Of a stretch of DNA of 64,000 bases, positions 54,796 to 64,000 are shown in pieces. A program made the translations under genes and the position numbers. Origin of the DNA: the human T2T-CHM13v2.0 reference genome, Homo sapiens; NCBI RefSeq assembly GCF_009914755.1, contig NC_060934.1; one strand, written 5' to 3'. Positions within the stretch are counted from its first letter, which is position 1. Each line of letters starts with the position of its first letter. The notes under the pieces are model-generated. The model saw nothing but the letters and a program-made list of their open reading frames with translations, made no database searches and was not told the origin of the DNA.

Positions 54796-57211
54796 CTTCA
54801 GCACTACCTAGGTATGGAGAATCATAGTCACTTCCTTGGCTCAGCATAAAAACAACTGTTTGTTGTATAACTTCAACTTGACTATTCCCTCCAGCCACAG
54901 CCAAACATCATGGATGAGGAGGAGTTTTCATTCATCCTTCAAATGCTTCCATTTCTTAGCTTCCAACAGCTTCTATGATGCAGCAGGAAAAGTTCTCAGC
55001 TACTTACAGCCTATGCTGGTGCCCCTGGGTGTCCCAGACACCAGATCTGATTATTACCACACGACTCCAATGTCATTCATGCAGGCCAATTTGCTTTGGC
55101 CATCTAAAAAAAGCTGCCTCCGTCTGTCTCTGTGGGTAAATTCTGTAGTGGAAATGAGCAGGCCTTTGCTTTCAGAACACAAGCCCAGAGGGCACTTTTG
55201 GCACTGGGACTCTTGCAGAGAGCGCCAAACCACAGCTGTGAAAGGAGTGTGAAGGGGGATGTCTGCAACGGCCCAGGAAATAGCCACCCAGCTGGAAAGG
55301 GATGTCAGGAAGTGAGACAGCTTAGGGACAGATCAGGCCTCAGAGGAGTGTGAGCAGCTGGCACTGGTACCCTCTTTTAACTTGCTAGCATGATGTGAGA
55401 CTCCAGGCCTCCGTGACTGCCACTGACTCCCTTTCCCTTCCTTGGCAATCCATTCAACCCTCTACTCCCCCAGCATTACCCAGTTCTAACTAGAGAAACG
55501 GAGTGTGCCAGGTTCTAGAGGATACTTCCTCTTCTTGGTCCTGGAGAAATGAATATTTATCCTTTGAAAACAAAAAAAAAGACTCTTTTCATACCTTTGA
55601 CTCCGATTGTCAATATCCATTTGCTTTCAAAATTTCATCGCAGAAATCTTTCCCAGTTGCTTCTCTGCTCTTATTCTCACTTCCTTTTCTCCATACCTAC
55701 AGAATGTTACATATGTCTATATATGCATTCAGCTTTTGCAGCACTGTGATTTGTAATATAATTTTGGTTTTCTTGGCCATCTCTTCTAGATTATTAGAGA
55801 CCTTGGGACAAGAACAGTGATTTATATTCTTTGTATCACGAATTATCCCTCGTATATTGTTCTGCACATAGTGGATCATCCGTTAGTCCATTTCGTTAAT
55901 GAAATGTGTAGGGGAGCTTTTCTGAAGATGCCTATGCTGGGCAGGCTGTCATTGTTCACACATTTACCTTTTCTCTAATAGTTGCTGATGTCTGCATTCT
56001 CTTCATACCATTCCACTGGTGCACTTTTTGTCACAAGATGTGAGGATGATCTGGCTGCAACAATCATTACCCCACTAATCTCTAGTGCCAATTTGATGGA
56101 ACTGGCTATTAGGATTTGCCACTATTTGCCTTTTTTTCTTTAGCCATTGTCTCTATCAACTAAATATAATACATATATCTACACACATATTCTATTTATT
56201 TCAATCACCTATTTCCTTTAAGACCATAAAATATAATAATCCATAATTATATCACAAAAATGATCACTGCTAACATTTTAACACCAAATTCTTTATTCTG
56301 CTTCAGCCTTTATTTTTAATTATCTTCTCAAAATATTTACTAATGTACTATTTTTTGAGGAGATCAATAGATTCAGAGTTATATATCAAATAAGCCAGTC
56401 CAGAAATTCTATTGACAGATAGAAAATAACTATAGGTGTGACATAAATTAATTTGTTTTCTTATGAGTGTATTTGTTTTATTTATAGCAAGGAATACTGA
56501 TTCTTCATCTGTACTGATAATACATACTTTTCTTACTACATATGTTAACTTAAGTAAAAAAAGTCACTTGACATGCGGACACAGCAAAAGCCATCGAGAA
56601 TGATAAGGTGAATTGTTCAAGTTTGGGACACGCTGTCTGAATTTATCACTGACTTATACACTGTACAAGGCACCATGCAAGGCACTGAAGTAGAGTCACG
56701 GGTGAGTAAGACATGGGTTCGCCTACTTAAAGCATTCAAGAGATTTCTCACTATGATGTTGTAAAACAGCTGCACACCATGCTTTCTGAGGCAAATATTT
56801 TCACCTCTACTATGAAACAGTGAAATAGAAGCTAGATGTTCAATAATAATCAATGTGCTGTAGAGTAGCTTGAAAGGTCTTTGAGGCTAGTCTTCTTTCC
56901 TAATTAACACAGCTCAAATGTGGCACTTGGGTGGCTTGGTCATGAAATTTTGGTAGTGTAATTTTGGCAGGGAATGGCAGTGGTGCAGGTTCCATGGTTT
57001 TACAAGTTCTGCAGCATTTGTGAAATTGTGGCTTACTGAGATAAGGGGAGATAGACTGTAGTGTAAATTGGGTTGCGCTGAACAGACAGATAGTATAATT
57101 GGCAATCACATTGTTAGCGACTACCAGCACCTCTGAGGCACTTGGTCTTTTTGAGGGAGTAGAAGGAGGGTAGAGAAACTGAACTCATTAGTTGGCTTTA
57201 AAATCTATTAC

Positions 57212-58120
57212 TTGTAAAATGGTGCAGCCACTATGGAAAGCACAATGGCAGTTCCTCAAAAAAATTAAAATATGATCCAACAATTTCACTTCTAGGCATG
57301 CATCCAAAAGAAATGAAAGCAGGGACTTGGACAGATATTTTTACGTCATGTTCATGGCACCATTATTCACAATATGGAAGCAACCCAAGTGCCCATTGAC
57401 TGATAAATGGACAAAATGCAGTATATACATACATACCATGCAATATTATTCAGCCTTACGAAGGAAGGTAACTATGACACATGTTACACATGGATAAACT
57501 TAAAGACATTATGCGGAGTGAAATAAGTCAGTTGCAAAAGGAAAAATACTGTGTGATACTACTTATGTGAGGTACCAAGAGCAGTCAAATTCACAGAGAC
57601 AGAAAGTGGAATAGTGGTTGCCAGGGGTTGGGGGAGGAAAGAATGGGGGGTTATTGTTTAAGGGGTATAGAGTTTGTATTTGGGAAGTTAAAAAGTTCTG
57701 GAGATAGATGGTGGTGATGGTTGCACAACAATGTGAAGGTACTTAATGCCGCTGAACTGTACGCTTAAAAATGGTTAAAATGGGCAGGTGCGGTGGCTCA
57801 CACCTGTAATCCCAGCACTTTGGGAGGCTGAGTCAGGTGGAATACCTGAGGTCAGGAGTTTGAGACCAGCCTGGCCAACATGGCGAAACCCCGTCTATAC
57901 TAAAAACACAAAAATTAGCCAGGCGTGGTGGTGCACACTTCTAGTCCCAGCTACGCGGGAGGCTGAGGCAGGAAAATCACTTGAACCTGAGAGGGAGAGC
58001 AGTTGAGATCGTGCTACTATACTCCAGCCTGGGCGACAGAGTGAGACTCTATCTCACAAAGAAAAAAAATGGTTAAAATGGTAAGTGTTGTTATGTATAT
58101 TTTATCACAATTTAAATAAG
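57212..58120 (+). mobile_element. L1MB 3' fragment interrupted by an Alu
   Basis: tgtaaaatggtgcagccactatggaaa...ggaagcaacccaagtgcccattgac...ggtgatggttgcacaacaatgtga. Confidence 0.88.
57783..58064 (+). mobile_element. AluS SINE
   Basis: TSD aaaaatggttaaaatg at 57767 and 58065. Confidence 0.94.
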
Positions 58121-58754
58121 AATAAAAGAAAAGAATCTAGTTTTCCTAACTTTTTCTTCTTAGAGTAGCTCTCTCCTGTGTTCCATGTGTGAACACAGTC
58201 TCTGCCAGTGGTCCACATTGTACAGCAGGCCAGATGCAATGCATGTGTACGACAAAGGGGTCATGTTCCAGATTGAGTTTTTGTTTTTCTATTTTATAAT
58301 AACCCCATAACAAACCCTTTGCTTCCAGGTAGCTTTACGCCTGCTGGAATCTATTTCTTTGAAATGGAAAGTTTCACCACAGTACAAGTGTAACATTTTG
58401 TCTTTGCTCCTTGAAATGTTGTAAGCCACAGTTTAACAGGCAAACAATGGTGGAGGCCAATGAAATTACCCTTGGACAAAGGGTCTGCTGAGCAGTGTAC
58501 TCTTGCCTCTACCATCAGTTTCCTTCATGAAATGAGCCAAACATTGACTGAGGCTCAGAGTGGAAAAGAATTTGTCCAAATTGGGCTCTAATGATAAAGA
58601 AGTATAAAGGAAAAAAAATTCCTTGGGAAAATTGATGCTGCTCCCTTCAGTTTTTGTAGACTATTTCCTATAATCTGCCTTGTGGCTTACCTTGCACTAA
58701 AGGAAAGCAATCCTTTCCTGTTAACATAACAAATAAAGACAAATCAGCAGGCTA

Positions 58755-59240
58755 CTTAATGTGATGGTGAAGCATGGGCTCTGAAGTCAGTCTGCTTGTA
58801 TCCCAGTCTTACCTCTAGCTGAGTGATCTAGGGCCTAGTTATGTAACCTCAGTTTCCTTATATGTAAAACAGGATGATAGTAATGGTATCGACCCCATGA
58901 AGTTGCTGTATGGATGAAATGAGTTATTATTTGTAAAGCACTTAAAGCAGAATGTGGTACCTAGTGTGGACTATATAAATACTCACTATTATTATTAGCT
59001 CCAGCATGCAGAGATAAACTCTCCAGGGCTGCTTGAAGGGTACAATGGCATCCTCATTACTGACTCAGGATGATGTGATGGAGCATGCACTTACAAGAGT
59101 TGGACAACTCATATTTCAGCTCAGGTGCAACCATTTATGCACTGTGTGACCTCAAACAAGTCACCTGAATACTTGAGCCTGAGTTTCATCACTACTAGAA
59201 TTAGCAGTAAAAGAAACTGCCTTTTTCAGTCTCTTAATGT
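58755..59240 (+). mobile_element. Two MIR SINEs (~58755-58998, ~59070-59240)
   Basis: gggctctgaagtcag...aacctcagtttccttatatgtaaaacagg...tgtaaagcacttaaa; tgtgtgacctcaaacaagtcacc...gagcctgagtttc. Confidence 0.75.
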
Positions 59241-59846
59241 ATAACTGTATGCATGCAAGTTGTAAAGGCTGTAATATTTCTGTTAGAATTATTATCTCTT
59301 CTTCTCTGTTTCTTTTACCTCTGGCCTGAAAGAAAGCGGAAAGAAAGCCTTTATTTTAAAAACATAATAGATATTTTAAATGATAGAAGTGGTATATATT
59401 TAATATACAAAATATGAAAAATAAGGAAAAGTATCTTAAAAATTCATTATTTTACACCTTAGAAAAAGCCACTATTAACGTTATGCTCTTTCTTAGTTAC
59501 AATAATGTGTCTTAATGCTTAAGGTTTCTGTGTAGTTTTTTCTCTTCTCTGGGGCAAGATCGCAGTTGAGAAGGCCTATATATGAAACAAATTAAATGCT
59601 CTTGATTTTTTAAAGCTTCATTTTGTATAAGAAAATGGAAGATTTTATGTTCAGACTTATTGCTACAGGAAGAAAATGATAATAATTTGGCTATGTTTAC
59701 AATGTCATATGAGAAGTAATTTCAAATATGCCTAATTCCATAGTATACCAAAAAATTAAAAATGGCTTTAATTTAATGTATTTTATTTCACTAATACTAT
59801 GTACACCTGGGTAAAGAGGATAATGAATTATAAAGTTCTACAGTAA

Positions 59847-60150
59847 GGCCAGGCACAATGGCTCACGCCTGTAATCCTAGTGCTTTGTGAGGCTGAGGCA
59901 GGAGGACTACTTGAGGCCAGGAATTTGAGACCAGATTGGGTAACACAGCAAAGCTCCATCTCTACAGATTTTGTTTTTTTAATTAGCAGAGCATGGTGGT
60001 GCACGTGTAGTCCTATCTACTTGGGAAGCTGAGGTAGGTGGATTGCTTGAGCCCAAGAATAGAGGCTGTAGTAAGCTATGCATATTCCATTGCACTCCAG
60101 CCTGGGTAACAGAGAGAGACCTTGTCTCCAAATCAAACAAAAATAAAAAC
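59847..60150 (+). mobile_element. AluJ SINE
   Basis: ggattgcttgagcccaag, gaggctgtagtaagctatg; TSD aaagt[t/c]ctacagt at 59832 and 60151. Confidence 0.92.
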
Positions 60151-63100
60151 AAAGTCCTACAGTGTTTGCATGTATGACCTTAACAACTGTAAACAAAAAT
60201 AAGGGCTTTCTTAAAGTGAGGCTATTTCTCTACTTGGAAGCAATCAATCCAAATAAACTCATTTCTGGAGAAATGAGTTGTCGGTCTGTGTTAGAAATGA
60301 ATTTACCAAGGCTGGGTCATGACAGTAGTGTGGTTCAATTTCTCCATTGCTTATTTAAATTGCTATTGGGGTGAGAAAGCCTTGGGAAAAGCTGGCAGAA
60401 GACTTGGAAGAATCTAGGTGACTTCCTGCCTTTTAATAGTCACATATTACTTCTTGGAAAAACTGGCACTCATACTCTTCCCCATTTGTTGTGCCTCAAC
60501 CTCCAGCCATCCATTCATCCTTCCCTTCCCTAATCCCCTCTCTCTATTCTTTGGAAGTCACAGAAGTTTTATATTAAGCATCATAATTCTCCACAATAAA
60601 CAAAAGTATTAGGCATTTTCATGAAATAATCATTAGTCATTGGTATTATTTTTACCAGAATTAAAAACATTTCCGATAACTGAAAATTATGATTTGGTAA
60701 GAGGTAATGTCTTTGATCCTCCCTGCAATCTGGCTTTACTGGTGGTGGTAAATGAAACAATCCTCTTGCCCTGCTATAATTGTCTGCTATATTATATTCT
60801 TTCACGGAATTGTAGCTGAAGAGAAAGTAGAGATCATTCGCTGTGGGGAACATATTGAAGATCATAGATGGACCTCATGGTAAATATTTTTCCAAAACCT
60901 GCACCTTTTCAGACCAGTAACAGACCGACGGATGTGAAATGGATATTCTTTTTAACATGGATGTTAAATGTTTAACTGAGGCAATGGTTGATTGACATGT
61001 GTCTCTGTACATGAGAAACAAAGAAACCTGCTTTTCTTGTCCCAAGCCATCTCCTGGAAGCCTTTGCTCAGTTCGGTTAGTGCCCTTAGGTCAAACAAAC
61101 AGAAAATTAAGAAAACAACATTCAAAGAAATGGTGGGTGGCAGAACAGTTGGAAGGATTGGAAAGGGCTCAGTATTTGCTTTATTTCTTCTGAGCTCATT
61201 ACTTGCTCTGAGTAGGTTAGCCAGGAAGGGAAGATAAACACTATTTAGTTAATAAGTCCCATAAGAATCCGGCAGAATGTCTTTTCTGATTTACCATTGT
61301 ATGGTTGGAATAAGCACAGTAACCTCTTTGCTTGTACCTTTTTCCCAACCAACTTTGAAGTCTACGAATAATTTACAGTGTGAATAAATGGCATGAGCAG
61401 GCTTTTCTCAGGTTAAGAATGTGAAATGTGTGTGAGACACGTTATGGGAAAAGGCAACATTATTTGGGCCTCATCTCTTAAGGCAATCAAATAGAAATAT
61501 TTCCTGACTCAATATTTGCAGCCTAAAACTGATTTTCTTCTTTCCAGTTTGGGTAGTTAAAAAGCAGGAAGGAACGTGTCTATATTTTTTAGTAGTTGGT
61601 GACCCAAATTGACCCTCATGATTCATTCACCAGCTTTGGTCCCTATCAAACAAATAAAATCCCTTTAAGAGCTGGTTAAATACAGTGCTGGTGTAAACCA
61701 ATTCTCCTCACATGGTTGAGCAGTGGGGCATCCTTGGTTTTCCGTACCTTAGGACCAAATGTAAATGTTCAATTCAATTAACCTTAAAAAAACATATGTG
61801 GCGATAGGGGTAGGAGAAGAAGGACAAAGGAAAAAGAAAAAGGGATTAGAGAAAAAAGGATATTCGTGGGATTTTCATTTAAATTTAATAAAATAATTTA
61901 AAAATAACTATGCCATGAAAATAAACAGTAATCGACAAGTAGTGAGGCTAAAATAAGTTTTATGTTATCTTTCAGAAAGGGAACAACTCTACATAATGTT
62001 GATGAGGCATTATAATGTGCACATTGATGGCTTTTGTTGAATCATCTGCACTCTCTGGTTCCCAGTGTGGTTGACCATGTACATTAAGGGATGGTAAGGG
62101 ATAGAGTCTGTGCAGTGGAATTTCTTTCAATCTGAAACTATTTTGTCTATATTGAGTCTGTTTCTTTATGAAAAAGTTGAAAATAAGTAAATAAAAAATA
62201 TGAACTTTAGCTTAAGTATTCTATCTTCTAAATTACTGAGGACCCAGTCACTTTTAAATTGACAATCTCCATAACAGGACAACATCACTAGTAATTATAA
62301 ATAATTCTAAAGGAATCCTTGTATATCAGTAAAAAATTCTGTGAGCATCTGCTTTACCAATTAGATAGGCTGGTATTAAAACTCTGAACCTATGAAAAAG
62401 TATTGAACTTTGGAGTATTTATGAAAATATAGAAAAATTTAAAAAAATATGGATATAGATATTTTTTTCCATTTCAGTGTACTTCTCAACTGTACAAAAT
62501 TAATAAAAATGTGGCATTATTACAGATATCATACTGAAGGAACAAGATGTCCACAATGAGTAGAGATAGCTGTAGGTAATAATAATCTTTTTATTTTTGC
62601 TTATTTTAGGGCATAAAATAATTTATTTGAAAAAGGTTGCTGTTAATGGGAAATATCATGGTGCCCATGTTTTTGCCTAATGGTGTACTGTTTTCAGCTC
62701 AGATCCTGAACAAATAGTATCAAAGAAACAAAACTAATTGAACAACACAAGAACCCTTGTGTTAGACAACAAAGATGCAGGACCTAGCAAACCAAAAGAA
62801 AGTCATTCTTGGAGCACCAAACAGTAAACAGCAGGCATTCCTTAAAAACACTGTGGTCAAAGCTTTGGTACTCAAGAAGAACTTAGAGCTATCACAAATA
62901 GACTGTGAAAATATGTAAATGTAAGGGTCATAATAAAATGAATTGAACAGCATCATAGGCAGGGTGGAAGAAGAGAAGCATAGGATCCACAGAGGAGAAG
63001 CAAGAAGGGAGCCCCGTAGAGGACAACAGAAGGGGAAGGGAAAGCGAGATCTGAACAAACACCTTCTGTGTAGTCACATGTGAATAGTTTTTCCACTTCC

Positions 63101-63674
63101 TTAAAAGGACAGAATAAGAAATCCTACCTAAACCCAGTACATATTATATTTTGCTATATATAGACATTAGGCTATTATATAGTAAGTTATGTAAACAACA
63201 GACTTTACTGATGCTCATGTGGAATCTGTACCTTCAAGAATTTCCACATTTTCAAGTAGAATATATATATACACATCTGGCTCTTTCCTGAATTATGTTA
63301 GTTAAGGTGCCACATATCATATTATATATGAACAACCTTCATTGTAGTTTTTTTATTTTTTAAGTTATACCATGGAGTTCTTGTGAACAGGAGAATGAAT
63401 TATAAATTACAAAACCATCTTGAGGAGAAAGTGCTGGACATGCCTGAGTCTTATGTACCTGCTTTGCAGGGTACGCTGTTGAAAATCATCCCCCAGCAAA
63501 ATTAAATGACCATGTCACAAAGCTTCATGCTACCCTTGAGTAGTAGAATATCACAATGTTCAATTCCAAAACGGTAATTACTGCTCATCATTTTCACATG
63601 ACAGTATGAGGTCACTTCTCAAAAATCACTGCATCGTTTTTATAAAATTTGATTTAAAGACCAGATTTTATTGC

Positions 63675-63900
63675 CCCATATGGCAATTTGGCAATAGTCT
63701 CTAAACTTTAAAAATTTTCATCTTATTGGAACTAGGAACTTATCTTCATGGGTATGCTCAAGAATTAACTTTAAGTATGCTTATGATGCTGTTGAAAATA
63801 ATATAGAAAAGTTGGAGGAAAAAACTCTAAGTGTCTCCTCTGATCCATTAAATTTGTTCAATGTAATTTGTACATTCCATAAACGGAATTCTTAATAAAA
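63675..63900 (+). mobile_element. Old L1M(E) fragment
   Basis: ggcaatttggcaatag...ctaggaacttatc...aaaagttgga...taagtgtc...taaatttg...tacattccataaacggaat. Confidence 0.5.
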
Positions 63901-64000
63901 ATTATTTAATAGCCTAGAACATAGTCATGGTATCGTTACCTTTGAGCATAAGATTTATGTGAGATAATTTATTGCCTATGGTGATTTTTAAACTATGATA

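Noticed and set aside
54836-55353. Cluster of 70-140 aa ORFs in a more GC-rich patch
   Set aside because: No recognisable domains, mostly non-ATG starts; consistent with chance
60790-60885. Possible small coding exon (AEEKVEIIRCGEHIEDHRWTS)
   Set aside because: Weak splice signals, no recognised protein and no partner exons

Overview
AT-rich, repeat-dense primate (human-like) genomic DNA with no intact protein-coding gene that I can support. Bases 1-~3240 are the 3' part of a processed pseudogene of THAP12 (PRKRIR, a domesticated hAT-transposase-derived gene): disabled CDS plus 3'UTR, with an antisense AluY inserted just after the stop codon. The rest is intergenic or intronic sequence filled with ~15 more Alus, L1 3' fragments, L2, MIR, solo LTRs (LTR8-type x2, MLT2A, LTR18, MLT1) and hAT MITEs (MER1B, MER3, MER5, MER20, MER53, MER58), plus many short tandem duplications. 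Nearly all other ORFs in the track are Alu/L1/L2-derived or chance. Repeat subfamily names come from my recollection of consensus sequences and need RepeatMasker/Dfam confirmation. I found no well-supported novel biological system. The best leads are a CpG-retaining, inverted-repeat-bounded, GATA-rich or C/D-box-like element at ~35 kb, a duplicated GATA+AP-1 module at 32.5/33.2 kb and a candidate minus-strand exon at 30.6 kb.
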